The position numbers were made by a program, and so were the translations under genes. A DNA stretch of 63,565 nucleotides, filler included, from Octopus bimaculoides (taxonomy: Eukaryota): the NCBI RefSeq assembly GCF_001194135.2. It is 7 parts of 6 records of this genome, joined end to end, with 100 filler letters (N's around TTAATTAATTAA, not from the genome) between each part and the next. Parts side by side here need not be neighbours in the genome. Positions count along the whole stretch, not along the records: positions 8,811 to 34,415 come from NC_069005.1; 6 more parts are not named here. One strand, written 5' to 3'. Under the pieces are notes generated by a model that had not been told where the DNA came from, made no database searches, and worked only from the letters and a program-made list of their open reading frames with translations. Positions 13,180 to 27,171 of the stretch are shown piece after piece; within the stretch, counting starts at the first letter, position 1, and each line of letters begins with the position of its first letter.

Positions 13180-13552
13180 TTGTGCCAATAATAACACACG
13201 CACAGGTTCAATTCCACTTCTTTATTGTCAGTCAATTGGTTAAATATCCAACTAACTAATTACTGGTTAAACAATCAATTGGTTGTTCGTTACTCAATGT
13301 TCTCTTGTTGCTGTTAGTGAGCTTCCCACTGACTTAGTAACTTCCTCTTGCAGCAAGAGGGAAAGTCAGTAAGTGACCAAAAAAGGTCGCAAACAGGAAT
13401 GAAAGAGCTTAATCTAACAAACAACCAGCTGGTTGTTTAATCAGCACGTTAAACAAACCATCGATTGTTTGGTTGGTTGGTTGGATATCTAATCAGTTAA
13501 CTAACAATAAAGGAGAAGAATTGAACCTGTGCATGTGTTATCATTATTGGCG
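13180..13552. mobile_element. Imperfect fold-back / MITE-like palindrome
   Basis: ccaataataacacacgcacaggttcaattc at the left end pairs with gaattgaacctgtgcatgtgttatcattattgg at the right end. Central palindrome ctcttgcagcaagag. Confidence 0.65.
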
Positions 13553-13662
13553 TAATGACCCTTCTAAGACGTAACAAAATTTGTTTCAACACACGAATTC
13601 ACATCAAGAATCTTGCAAACCAAAAACAAAAATGGAATATGTGTATATATATATATATATAT

Positions 13663-13715
<53 letters not shown>

Positions 13716-14175
13716 NNNNNNNNNNNNNNNNNNNNNNNNNNNNNNNNNNNNNNNNNNNNNNNNNNNNNNNNNNNNNNNNNNNNNNNNNNNNNNNNNNNNN
13801 NNNNNNNNNNNNNNNNNNNNNNNNNNNNNNNNNNNNNNNNNNNNNNNNNNNNNNNNNNNNNNNNNNNNNNNNNNNNNNNNNNNNNNNNNNNNNNNNNNNN
13901 NNNNNNNNNNNNNNNNNNNNNNNNNNNNNNNNNNNNNNNNNNNNNNNNNNNNNNNNNNNNNNNNNNNNNNNNNNNNNNNNNNNNNNNNNNNNNNNNNNNN
14001 NNNNNNNNNNNNNNTATATATATATATATATATATATGTATATAATGCATAAACGAAGCCTAAAAAGATTGCTTTAAGATACATGGCATATCTTATAAAT
14101 ATGCCTGTTCAAGTATCATAATAGCATGAAACTATTAGTAGCTCTTTCAGTTGTGTATTTAAATTGATATATATA

Positions 14176-14210
<35 letters not shown>

Positions 14211-14639
14211 TATAGACAGGGAGAGAAAGAGATAGACACACAGAGAGAGGTGGAGATAGAAGAGAGAGATTAGTTAGCTGTGACAAGAATTGTAGATTGG
14301 GTCAATTAGCAGCTATGTAAAGGCACTTGTTCAAGATACCACATAACAGGATGAAGCCCAGAACCTCTTGGCTGCAAAGTGAACTTTTAAATTACTCAGC
14401 CATGATCATCTCTCCCCACTCTCCCTCTATGTTAATTTTCTCTTTCCACACTTCTGTGCCTCATGGTCTAAATTCTCAACCCCACTCCTTTTCATTTTTA
14501 ATGTCTCCTACAACACATATCTTACATTCTCAGTGCCCCCTCCACTTCTACATCACATGTACCTATACTACACTGTTTAACTCCTTATCCCAACACTACA
14601 CACCATTTACATTCAAAGAACATATATATACACCTACAC

Positions 14640-15200
14640 ACTCACACACCACTTTTTCTCACCCCACACACTAGCATCCACACTTCCAGATCCCTCTTCA
14701 CATCTACAGTAGTAAGTATGTAATCCCACACCTCCACTTCCCAACACCTATCCCTTTCATTACCTCTATTCCACCTAAAACTGCTATCCAATATGATACA
14801 CATAATATCCTCTGACACACACATGCACACACACGCACAGCATGCACGCACACACACACACAACATGCGTACACATGCACACACACACACACACAACATA
14901 CATGCACACATACACACAACATGCACGCACACACAGAAAGCATGCATGCACATACAGTATGCAGACACATGCACACACACAACATGCATGCACAGGCAAA
15001 CACACACACACACACACACACACGCACGCACACACATGGTATGCATGCACACATTAGCTTCACAAACACACAGGGTATATATGCAGGTATTAGCTTCATA
15101 CACATATACTAACATAGTCTGATAGCCTCATACATGCACACAATCTGAGAACAGGGACACACCCACACACACAAATATCCGTATGTATAAACACACACAC
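14640..15200. repeat. Complex (CA)/(CATG) microsatellite
   Basis: Source of several spurious CVCV/HTHT ORFs. Confidence 0.9.
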
Positions 15201-16692
15201 AATAAACATGCAGGCGTAGGTAGAAACTCCATAAGATATATCTGGTACAAGCTATGGATGAGGACAGCTGTGTAAAGAAGTGCCAATCTCTAACTGTGGA
15301 GGGAACCTGTGGAAAAGGTAGACACAGGAAGACATGAGATGAGGTGGTGAAGCACATTCTTCAAAAGTTGGGTCTTATGGAGGTGATGACAAGTGATTGA
15401 GATCTTTGGTAATTTGTTGTGCTTGAGAAGCTTGTCAAATGAAATTGTAGTTGTGGCCAGCGTTGGTGACATGTAAAAGCACCTGTGCAGGTGACACATT
15501 ATGGCACCCACTACATTGTTAAAGTGGTTGGTGTTAGGAAGGGCATCCAGCTGAAGAAACCAAGCCAAAATCAACCTGGCACCTGGTACAGCTCTCCAAC
15601 TTACCAGTTCCAGTCAAACTGTCTTGCCCATGTCAGCATGGAAAGCAGACACTAAATGATGATGAGGATGTATATAAAAGTTGACTTGCAAGAATTAGCA
15701 ATCAGATATCCCTCAAATTGCACCTCTGTACAGGGGACCTAGGATAACATATTCCTGGATTCCTTGTACATCATAAAAACAGGATGGTTATGGCTGAAAT
15801 ACCTTTGCTCAATAATGGGTTTCCTGGAGTTAAACTACCAGAACAACTAGGTAATCTGGTCCCACCTCCAGATTACCTCATCATGAACAAGAAAGAATGT
15901 CTACCATAGAAAATAAGGTACATACTGGCACAATTTTAGCCTTTGGTAAATGACCTTGATACTCGTGTAAGACCCACAAATCATTGATTGCATTCTACAT
16001 GATGTCTCACATCTCTTCCTTTGCACAGATAATCAGTCCCATCCATCTGTCCGTCCATCCATTTTCTCCACTCACTATACCTAAGAGGGTCATGGAGTAG
16101 AGTCTTCAGGCATCTCCTCCAGAAGGTTCTAAGCTTCATTAGACTTTCCAGCTGGATTCTCAAGCATGACCAACTGTGACTTGGTCATGGTTCATCTGAG
16201 GTTACCAGCCAGTTGTATCAGCTTGGAGAATTTATCTTGTGATCTTTCCTGCTAACCCTAATCACATATCTATTGTAATGGAGCTATCATAGATAATCCT
16301 GCAGATCCAAATATACTGAACATATGGGATAAACCCAGGAACATAGCTGAATGGCTTTAACTAGAATGACATCATTAAGTTTCAACAAGCAAAGCAACCA
16401 CAACACCCTACAAAAAAACTCTCTGGGATTGACTAAGTTCACACACTCCATTGTGTGGAGGAAGGCAGAATGATGCGTCCATTTACTATTTGATTTCATC
16501 TTCCCAGACATGTTTAAAGAGGTGAACAGTAGAGATCATGTGTGTAGTTTTCAGACAGAATAACTGATTGATTCCATACAGACCACAAAAACCGATCAAT
16601 ATTCTACTGTTTTTCTTCACTTAACTGAACAAGAGAACTAATGAGAAACAGCTGAAACAAAACCAAAAATTCTTGTAGTAGTAGTGTGAAGG

Positions 16693-17020
16693 CACATGGT
16701 TTGGCGGTTAGAGTATCAGGCTCACAACTGTGAGGTAGTGAGTTCAACTCCCAGACCAGGCTGTGTATTATGTTCTTGAGCAAGACACTTTATTTTATGT
16801 CGCTCCAGTTCACTCATCTGTAGAAATGAGCTGCGACCTCACTGGTGCCAAGCTGTATCGGCCCCTTTGCCTTTCCCTTGGATGACAGCGGTGGCTTGGA
16901 GAGCAGAGGCTGGAATGCATAAGCAACTGCTGGTCTTCCATAAACAACCTTGCCTGGACTTATTTCTCAGAGGGTAACTTTCTAGGTGTAACCCCATTGT
17001 CATTCATGACCAAAGGGGCC
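16693..17020 (+). mobile_element. tRNA-type SINE family B copy
   Basis: Head gcacatggtttggcggttagagt...gagttcaactccc and body cttgagcaagacactttatt...ctccagttcactc. Confidence 0.7.
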
Positions 17021-17138
17021 TTTAGTAGTAGTAGTAGTTGTAATCCTTTCTAATAGAAGCACAAGGCTTGGAATTTTGGCGGAGGGGTGGGGCTACTCAA
17101 TAACATTGACTCTGCAAGACTCAACTGATGCTACACTC

Positions 17139-17175
<37 letters not shown>

Positions 17176-17589
17176 GACTAGATATAATGAATATAGATAA
17201 GGAAAAGAGGAGTTGCTTATTTATTGACCCATTATACTGGTTTGATTCCAGGATCATAAAGAAAGAAGAAGAAAAACAAAGAAAATACAATCCCTTAAAA
17301 TTTGAAATAGGAAGAATTTGCAGCCTGTGAACTGTCAAGGTCGTGCCTATAATAACTGGTGTGTTGGGAACAGTAAGCTAAGATATAGACAAATGGCTGA
17401 AGGAGATTGGAATAGAATGCCTGGTAGAGCTCTCACAGAGAGTTTGTCTCTTAGGAACAGCAAGGATTATCAGGAGGGTTCTAAGCGCTTGAAAGACTGC
17501 TAAAAACTTGTGGATACCTAAGGTCACAGGTAGTAACCTGCTACCTGCATAAATCCTACCAGGAATAATATCGAACCTGAGACGAACCA

Positions 17590-17806
17590 AAATAATAATA
17601 ATCCTTTCTACTAAAGGAAAAAGGCCTGAAATTTTGGGGTTGGGGACTAGTCAATTATATTGACCCACCCCACCCCCCAGTGCATAACTGGTACTTAATT
17701 TATTGATCCCAAAAGGATGAAAGGCAAAGTCGACCCCAGCTGAAGACAGACAAAATACCACTAACCATTTTACCCAGCTTGCTAACAATTCTGCCAGCTT
17801 GCTGCC

Positions 17807-17886
<80 letters not shown>

Positions 17887-18085
17887 CCTTTCTACTATAG
17901 GCACAAGGTCTGAAATTTGGGGGAGGGGGCTAGTCAATTACATTGACCACAGTACTCAACTGGTACTTATTTTATTGACCCCAAAAGGATGAAAGGCAAA
18001 GTTGACCTCAGCAGAATTTGAACTCAGAACATAAAAAGCCAGAAGAAATGCTGCTAAGCATTTTGTCTGACTTCCTAATGATTCT
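17590..18085 (-). mobile_element. Two tandem SINE family C copies separated by (AAT)n
   Basis: Each is the reverse complement of the core ttgcctttcatcctttyggggtc(g/a)ataa..taagtaccagt, with an (ATT)n tail. Confidence 0.75.
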
Positions 18086-18329
18086 AACAGATCACCACCA
18101 TAATAATAATGATAATAATAATAATGTAATGTCCACTTTTTCATACTTGCATGGGTCAGACAAAATGACTTGTATGATTTTCGTAGGTCATGCATTTACT
18201 GCTAGCTTCTTCAGGGATCACCATATCACCAAGCAGGGACTCTGTCAAAGGTTTTCTATGGGTTGTGAATGCATGCATGTGTGTATGTGTGCGCACACAT
18301 GTGTGTTGTATAGGTGTGTGTGTGCAATA

Positions 18330-18380
<51 letters not shown>

Positions 18381-18878
18381 NNNNNNNNNNNNNNNNNNNN
18401 NNNNNNNNNNNNNNNNNNNNNNNNNNNNNNNNNNNNNNNNNNNNNNNNNNNNNNNNNNNNNNNNNNNNNNNNNNNNNNNNNNNNNNNNNNNNNNNNNNNN
18501 NNNNNNNNNNNNNNNNNNNNNNNNNNNNNNNNNNNNNNNNNNNNNNNNNNNNNNNNNNNNNNNNNNNNNNNNNNNNNNNNNNNNNNNNNNNNNNNNNNNN
18601 NNNNNNNNNNNNNNNNNNNNNNNNNNNNNNNNNNNNNNNNNNNNNNNNNNNNNNNNNNNNNNNNNNNNNNNNNNNNNNNNNNNNNNNNNNNNNNNNNNNN
18701 NNNNNNNNNNNNNNNNNNNNNNNNNNNNNNNNNNNNNNNNNNNNNNNNNNNNNNNNNNNNNNNNNNNNNNNNNNNNNNNNNNNNNNNNNNNNNNNNNNNN
18801 NNNNNNNNNNNNNNNNNNNNNNNNNNNNNNNNNNNNNNNNNNNNNNNNNNNNNNNNNNNNNNNNNNNNNNNTATATAT

Positions 18879-18929
<51 letters not shown>

Positions 18930-18959
18930 ACATATATATAATCTTGAGAAGACTGTGAA

Positions 18960-19235
18960 AGTGCGTGGCTTAGTGGTTAGGGCATTTGGCTCACAATTGT
19001 AAGGTTGTGAGAGTTCAATTCCCAGCGACATGTTGTGTCCTTGAGCATGGCACTTTATTTCATGTTGCTCCAGTCTACTCAGCTGGCAAAAATGAGTAAT
19101 AACTGTATTTCAAAGGGCCAGACTTGTCACACTCTGTGCCACACTGAATCTCCCTAGGAACTACATTAAGGGTACAGATGTCTGTGGAGTGTTCAGCCAC
19201 TTGCACGTTAATTTCATGAGCAAGCTGTTCTGTTG
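18960..19235 (+). mobile_element. SINE family B copy
   Basis: gcgtggcttagtggttagggcatttggctcac head; tail shared with 33665-33915. Confidence 0.75.
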
Positions 19236-19599
19236 ATCATATCAGCTGGGATCGTCGTCGTCATAACCGACAGAGTGCTCCTTGAGAAAACTCATCAAGC
19301 CAAGTGAAATCATAGTTGTGGCTGATGCTAGTGTCACATAACTAGCACATGAAAAACAACCATTATATTCTTGGTGTGTTGGCATTAGGAAAGGCATCCA
19401 GCCGTAGAAACCATGCCAAATCAATCTGGAACTTGGTGAAGCTATCTGGTTTACCAATTCCAGTCAGACTGTCTAACCGATGCCAGCATGTAAAGTAGAT
19501 GCATGATGATGATAACCAGCCCCAGCCCATTCAAGTACCTTGGATCGTAGGGCAACCTGCTGTGTTTGAGGAGACCTTGAGTCAAATACATCAACACCA

Positions 19600-19900
19600 A
19601 AATAAAAATCAAATGGAAATTGTAGTTGTGATACCCATGCCGGTGACATGTAAAGAGCACCATCTGAACGTGACCGATGCCAGCGCCGCCTTGACTGGCT
19701 TCCGTGCTGGTGGCAGGTAAAAAGCACCCACTACACTCACGGAGTGGTTGGCGTTAGGAGGGGCATACAGCTGTAGAAATACTGCCACATCAGACTGGAG
19801 CCTGGTGCAGCCTCCTGGCTTCCCAAACCCCGGTCGAACCATCCAACCCATGCTAACATGGAAAACGGACGTTAAATAATGATGATGATGATGATGATGA
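19600..19900 (+). mobile_element. RTE-LINE 3'-end repeat (family D) with (GAT)n tail
   Basis: aaaagcacccactacactc...ggcgttaggaggggcatacagctgtagaaa...ccaacccatgctaacatggaaaacggacgttaaa(tga)n. The same end is attached to RTE coding sequence at 34724-35610. Confidence 0.75.
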
Positions 19901-20719
19901 TATATATATATGTACATACATACATACATACATAAAAAGAGAGAGTCAGATGAGAGAAAGAGAGATACCTACAGATAGTTAGACAGCAATAGATACATAA
20001 AAACATAACTTTCTACAGATATTGAGAGATGAATAAATAACAATATGCCCACATATACAATTTTCCAAATTACAATTCTAACAATTGGAGAAAGAAAAGA
20101 AGGCCAAAACATGCAGCTAATTATTAGAGAAAATTAATGATGAAACGTGTGATGATAGCTTTGTAAAGACTTTTGCAATATGGAACATGCCTTTGATGAA
20201 ATCTAATCTAAAAGAAATTGAAATAATTCTGAAGATTTAATGAAGACGCAAAATTGCAATGAGCTAATGAGATTTGTTTTAATATTTTCACACATTTCAT
20301 TTTATTCATTAGAAATAATTTAATGAAAAGGCTTCAGGTATTGTAAAATAAATAAATAAATAAATAAAATGAAAATAAACAAAAATATGAAAAATACAAC
20401 AGAATGCTGCACACATACATGTGCTCACAACACACACACACTTATGAGCCAAATTAAAAAAGAATTTTTACAAAGTCTTTTTATCCACTAGAAATAGCAG
20501 CCAAATCTCTTTGAAATCATACCTTAGTATCTAAATTAAAGGAAGGCCATAGGACAATGTAATCTGAGACACACTGATGGAATGGTCAAGGCTGGAATGG
20601 TCATTTTTTGATCATAGGTCTATTCAATCAGAACTGATTTGGAGCTAAGGAACAACAACAACAACAGCACACATACACAAATGAATCAGATATTTTACTA
20701 CAAATGTGTTTTGGTTTCA

Positions 20720-21020
20720 TCATCATCATCATCATCATCATCATCGTTTAACGTCTGCTTTCCATGCCTGCATGGGTTGGACGATTTGACTGAGGACTGG
20801 TGAAACCGGATGGCTACACCAGGCTCCAATCTGATCTGGCAGAGTTTCTACAGCTGGATGCCCTTACTAACGCCAACCACTCTGAGAATGTAGTGGATGC
20901 TTTTACGTGCCACTGGTACGAAGGCCAGTCAGGCGGTACTGGCGACGGCCACGCTCAAAATGGTGTATTTTACGTGCCACCTGCACAGGAGCCAGTCCAG
21001 GGGCATTGGCAACGATCTCA
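20720..21020 (-). mobile_element. Family D (RTE 3' end) copy
   Basis: (cat)n cgtttaacgtc...gcatgggttggacg...ggatgcccttactaacgccaacc. Confidence 0.75.
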
Positions 21021-21139
21021 CTCGTTAGATTAAATCTAGGAGGTAGTGACATTCTTGCCTCTGCTCCAGAATTCAATAACTGTTTAGTTGCTTAGCCTAA
21101 AGCCAGTCTAAATCAAAAGTAACAGACTGGATAGGCAGA

Positions 21140-21550
21140 GGTATGGCTGGGTAGTAAGAAGCTTGCTTACCAACCACACAGTTCCAGGTTCAGTCCCACT
21201 GTGTGGCACCTTGGCAAAGTGTCTTCTACTATAGCCTTGGATTGACCAAAGCCTTGTGAGTGGATTTGGTAGACAGAAACTGAAAGAAGCCTGTCATATA
21301 CAATATATACATGCATATATTTATGTGTGTCCTTGTGTCTGTGTTTGTCCTCCATCTTCTATCACTTGACAATCAATGGTGGTGTGTTTATGTCCTGTGA
21401 CTTAGCAGTTCAGCAAAAGAGACCGATAGAATAAGTCCCAGGCTTACAAAGAATAAGTCCTGGGGTTGATTTCTTTGATTAAAACCCTTTAAGACAGTAC
21501 TCCAGCATGGCCACAGTCCAATGACTGAAACATGTAAGAGTAAAAGAGAT
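21140..21550 (+). mobile_element. SINE family A copy (CpG-decayed)
   Basis: Full head, body and tail, with many CG-to-TG/CA changes relative to the 62155 copy. Confidence 0.85.
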
Positions 21551-22299
21551 TAAATTAATGATCAAAGGCTTCCTAATTGTGAGCATCCCATCTCTTTATG
21601 TATACTTGTCCCATCTTTTAGGTAGGGTGTGAGATGGAGTTTTTAGCTGCTGTTTTTAGCAAGTCAAGTTACAATGTTACGGCCATCTCTTTGGTTCATC
21701 TATTTAGCAGTTACCCTACTTATTCTTGTATAGTCCCAGGTCAAACAACCAACCTAATATTGAGCAGACAGGCCTATGATTAAAGACATTCCAGCCTGGA
21801 CCATCCTCCCATTTCTTCAGTTCTCATACATGTACTGCTACCTAATTCAGTTGTAATCTTAGATAATGTTTTTTTTAAGTTTATATTTCAGGAAGATAAA
21901 ACTCGCATTTCAGGTGTAATTGGCTGCTGTTTTCAACAAGGCAAACAATTATGGAGAAACCCCTTTTTAGTGTTTAGCTCCCAGCCTGTTATGACAGAAA
22001 GCAGATCTAGGATCAAAAGGGCAAAAACAATATACTCTGAGGGATTCAAAGATGTAGCATAATCCAAGAGTAGGGTAATCCGGTCTAGAGAAATCCAAGA
22101 ATTAGGTATTCCAAACCATCGTTGGATGATGCAGACATACATGTGCTCATGCTTTCCTTGGACTATTCTTTCCTTCTCTCCAGACCTTTCCGCTTTTCTC
22201 TTCCTGATGAAGAGCCATGCTCAAAACATTACACATCTCTTCTTTCTTCCATCTTAAACTGAATGTCAGCCTAATACATTCACTGTGTATGTCCTATTG

Positions 22300-22920
22300 A
22301 CTTTTATTCTTTTACTTATTTCAGTCATTTGACTGTGGTCATGCTGGAGCACTGCCTTAAAGGGTTTTAGTTGAAGAAATCGACACTAGGACTTATTGTT
22401 TGTAAATCCAGCACTACTTATTCTATCGGTCTCTTTTGCCAAACTGCTAAGTTATGGGGACACAAACATTCCAGCATCAGTTGTCAAGCGATGGCAGTGA
22501 GACAAACACAGACACACACACACATATACATACCATTTTTTTCCCCAACCAGCCACCATGCTTGATCCCTAAATCCACAAGTTTTTTTTATTCTGTCTCG
22601 GTTTATTTTCTCTCATTCCTTTCTGTTGAAGAGCATAGGCTCGAAATGAAAAGACTTTCTCACTTTCCTGAGCATCAAACTAATAAACCTGCTTGTTGTT
22701 CATACACCTGTCTTTGTCTTTTGTTTTTCTGTAAATTTCAACTATATATATATATGTATATATACACAGTGGGCTTCTTTCAATTTCCATCTACTAAATC
22801 CACTCACAAAGCTTTGCTTGGCCTGAGGCTATAATAGAAGATGCCCAAGGTGCCACGCAGTAGGATTGAATCCAGAACCATGTTATTGGGAAGCAAGCTT
22901 CTTACTAAACAGCCACGACT
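22300..22920 (-). mobile_element. SINE family A copy split by a PLE-type terminal repeat (about 22570-22745)
   Basis: 3' half at 22300-22520 and 5' half at 22760-22920. The intervening sequence belongs to the ctttctgttgaagagcataggctcgaaatg family. Confidence 0.7.
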
Positions 22921-23479
22921 GTTCTTTTTGTTTTTATTTTTGATTTGCCTATGATCAAAAGAGCTCTAGTTTTTTTTGTTTTTTTTTTTGCTTAAGCCAC
23001 AATATATCTTTGCAATACAAGACAGACATATTTTTCCTGTTTCTGTTAGACTGGTGCAGGTTCTACAGCTAAGACAACCACACTTTTTGATTATTGCTGT
23101 TTTTAGCAGGTAATTCAGCATTGGAAGGTAATTTTTTCCCCCTGATTTTATTGTGATTTTATTGTCTTTTGATCATTATATGTGTTTCAAGTGCTCTTTT
23201 CTTTCTTCTGATTTGTCTCAATAATGGAATGCTTTGATGGATAATGTTGTAGATTTCAGTATTTCTTGGGATGTGTAGTGTAAGGTAGAGCATTTGGTTT
23301 ATTTGAATTGTTTTTCTGTTCTTCATAATTCTTGAATGTCTATTGTTTTGGCACATTATATTCCATTAACAGTTAATTTCATTGAGTTCTGTCTTCCAAG
23401 CAGTATTTGTTTTAATTATTGCAGGCTTTTATTCCACAAATCAAAATTCAAACGAACTAAGCATACTCTTTCTGCCAGA

Positions 23480-23670
23480 TTAACCCTTTGGCATTCGGAT
23501 TATTCTGTTAAATGTAAAGCTTATTGATTAACATTGTTTCTAATTAATCATACATTATCACATAAACTCGAAATTTCGATGATGTGATTGTTTAGTTTAG
23601 AATGTCATTGCAGGATGGGTGTGAGAAGCTGGATCTGGTTAGTTTGAACATAGAAAAGGTAGAATATTTG
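23480..23670 (+). mobile_element. piggyBac-type MITE, left portion
   Basis: Starts TTAA-CCCTTT and shares its body with 28759-29398. The right terminal inverted repeat (TIR) is missing. Confidence 0.55.
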
Positions 23671-23812
23671 TCTTTGTGAGTTGTTGGTGGAATTAAGTCA
23701 ATAATAAGTATTGTTTAGAGGTTAGTTTCTATGATAATATTGTTTTTAATGATTAATATATCTAAGTTATTTTGACTGTATAGCATTGTGAAATGTATAT
23801 TATTTATACATA

Positions 23813-23985
23813 TAGGCGCCGGAGTTGCTGTGTGGTAAGTAGCTAGCTTACCAACCACATGGTTCCGGTTTCAGTCCCACTGCGTGACACCTTGGGCAAG
23901 TGTCTTCTACTATAGCCTCAGGCAGACCAAAGCCTTGTGAGTGGATTTGGTAGATGGAAACTGAAAGAAGCCCATCGTATATATA
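23813..23985 (+). mobile_element. SINE family A, 5' half
   Basis: taggcgccggagttgctgtgtggtaagtagc...gaaactgaaagaagcccatcg. Confidence 0.8.
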
Positions 23986-24789
23986 TGGAAGCCAGTCAGC
24001 TGCTTTGGCCATGATCACACTCGGATGGTGCTCTTAGCGCTCCACTAGCACGGATGTCAGTCATCGAATTTAATTTCGATTTCACTTGCCTCAACAGGTC
24101 TTCACAAGCAGAGTTTAGTGTATACAATGGTTTTGCTAACAGTGTCATCTGCTTACAATCTTCATTGAAAGCATGTCAAGGTTTCTTGTTGTGTTGCCTG
24201 GGATTTGTAACAAACTTACAAACAAGCTCATTATTATAATAGTTTCAGCAGTATTTAAAAAAAAAATTGCTCACTGGTTGAAAGGTTTGAAATCCTAATC
24301 AAAATATCTTTTTAACCTGATATATAAGAGCAATGTTCTAACTGGTTGTTATATNNNNNNNNNNNNNNNNNNNNNNNNNNNNNNNNNNNNNNNNNNNNNN
24401 NNNNNNNNNNNNNNNNNNNNNNNNNNNNNNNNNNNNNNNNNNNNNNNNNNNNNNNNNNNNNNNNNNNNNNNNNNNNNNNNNNNNNNNNNNNNNNNNNNNN
24501 NNNNNNNNNNNNNNNNNNNNNNNNNNNNNNNNNNNNNNNNNNNNNNNNNNNNNNNNNNNNNNNNNNNNNNNNNNNNNNNNNNNNNNNNNNNNNNNNNNNN
24601 NNNNNNNNNNNNNNNNNNNNNNNNNNNNNNNNNNNNNNNNNNNNNNNNNNNNNNNNNNNNNNNNNNNNNNNNNNNNNNNNNNNNNNNNNNNNNNNNNNNN
24701 NNNNNNNNNNNNNNNNNNNNNNNNNNNNNNNNNNNNNNNNNNNNNNNNNNNNNNNNNNNNNNNNNNNNNNNNNNNNNNNNNNATATACA

Positions 24790-24956
24790 TATATACGACA
24801 AGCTTCTTTCAGTTTCCGTCTACCAAATCCACTCACAAGGCTTTGGTCAGCCCGAGACTATAGTAGAAGACACTTGCCCAAGGTGCCACACAGTGGGACT
24901 GAACCCAGAACCATGTGGTTGGTAAGCAAGCTACTTACCACACAGCCACTCCTGCG

Positions 24957-24958
<2 letters not shown>
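24790..24958 (-). mobile_element. SINE family A, 5' half
   Basis: Reverse complement of taggcgcaggagtggctgtgtggtaag...gaaactgaaagaagc. Confidence 0.8.
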
Positions 24959-24992
<34 letters not shown>

Positions 24993-27171
24993 CTTTGGCA
25001 TAGTGAGACTTATAACCTGGTATAGAACTCAAATTATGTATAGTTCAGTGGTGATGTGTGGTTGGTGGGGCCCCTGTATCCATAACTCTATTTTTTTCCC
25101 CATTCATTACATATACATTCGTTTTCTTGACCCCCACTCCCCTTGTCTGTCCTGTATTGTCCATTCTATATCTTAGCCTTTATGGTGAATGTATGGTTCA
25201 GAACATAATGTTATATGAGTACAGAATGGTAATAGAAATCAAAGAGATGACACCAGAAAAAAAAATATATTATGTAATGAACTTCATTAGCTTACAGTTG
25301 TTTCAGCTATATGATGCAGTGCACTCTAAGCTGAGTACCAGGATTATATCCTATAGCTTCATCAAAGCCTTTAATATGAATTGCTTTTTATTTAGGTAAG
25401 ATACATTTTCAGAATATACAACATACAGGCATTGGTAAACCTGTTCATTCACAATTATGAAAAAACTCAGTTTAATGCAGGGAATTTTGTAAATGGGTTT
25501 ATTCATAGTTTTATAACATGACCACTATTATATCGGCAAAGGGAATGTATGATAATTCACATCAGAGAACTTCATACATATATTTGTCTGTCTGTGTGTC
25601 TAGATAGTTATTGAGAAATGTTTTAAAGAATGGGTTTTTTTTATAAATCCAGGAGTTAAAATCATTTGTTTTGAAAAACTATATTTTAAAAAATTGGTTT
25701 CATATTTCTTACTTGCATCAACATTTTACTCCATATTTCCCATTATTTTAAGTTATATTTCAGTATACAGTCATGTTATCTACTCTGTTTTTCAGTTATA
25801 TATCTTTTCTGAGATATATAGGATGTGAAAATCTTTTTATTTAATTATTATCAAACTCTACATACTTCACAGTATTTCTGTGTAACTGTTATAAGTTCAA
25901 TCTTTTCATCTTTTTCTTTCAATCTTTATCCTTATATCAATATTTGTCTTTCATTTTTATTCATCTATTTCTCTTTCCCTTTCAACTTGATCTTTCTGTT
26001 TCTCTTTATCTCCCATCATTGTTCCCTGTCAGTATTCATTAACCAAGTATTTATATGCCTGAATCTGTTTTTGAACCATACACTGAAAATACATGCACTT
26101 ATGCATCTTCCTACTTACCTCAAACAACCAACATGGTAACCTATCCATCCACACATCTACCAATACACACACACACCCTATACTGTACTAACACATCTAG
26201 CTACTTGTTAACTAACCTATCTATTTGTCCTCTATACCTGTCTGTCTGTCTATCTATCACTACATATTTCATATTTCATTCCATAACGGCTACTTCTGAA
26301 GGGTGCAGGCTTACATAATCAACTGTTACCTAACACTTCATTGAACCCCTAGTGCAAAACCGATTGGTAAGATCGGCCGTAATGGATATATAATACTGTA
26401 CACATCATAGATATCTACATATATAGATATCTACACACACACACACATACACGTGATAAATTGTGGTTCTTAAAATTAAGTACACTATATAATATACTGA
26501 GGGTGTATAGTAGAGTTTAATGATCATATTAAGAGGTGATGGGCATGACTCCAAGTTTTGTGTAAAATTGATGCCCTGCACTCATTAAATAGACACATTA
26601 TGGGTTTAAGTATTTCAAGACTATTGAAAAGGTTGCAAGATGCAACGAAAATTTTAGGAAAATAAAAATAAGAAATAAGTGGAAATTTTACCGGTGAGTG
26701 TGTTAAATTTCAAAGCACAATAAGAAAATGACTCCCCAGACACAACAGAATATGCTTCAACACACGAAATCACATAAAAAATCTTGCAAACCAAATCCCA
26801 AAACGATATATCTTTTTCCTTTCTTGGAAGGCTTTGCATGTTGGAATTCTGCAAAAGCCACTTTTAGCATGGTTGTCATTAAACAACATTACATATATAT
26901 CGTTGCTATTATGTTAAACTGTCATATGACCAAATTTGGCCAAATGTGTTTTTTCTTAATATTTATTTTTGCTTGCAATAGTCCGTTCTTTTGATCAAAC
27001 TATTGTATCCTCTGTTGCTTCAGATGCTAAGATATCAAAAATTGTCAAAGTGTAGTACAATAGTTTTGCTACGGAATGGGGAAACTATCTTTTTGTTTCC
27101 TGCAAAAGCAATACTTTGGATTTACAACACTTTTGCATAATAGCAATGATATGTATGTATATCGGAATAAG

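Noticed and set aside
21914-22142. Stop-poor stretch open for 45-69 codons in several frames on both strands
   Set aside because: No recognisable motif and no consistent donor/acceptor pair that fits the PTP gene.
25286-25400. Minus-strand ...GTQLRVHCII* resembling the PTP VHC motif; also a plus-strand AG...GTAAG open frame
   Set aside because: No SAGxGR follows, there is an in-frame stop, and it is in the wrong order relative to exons B-D. The plus-strand frame has no recognisable homology.
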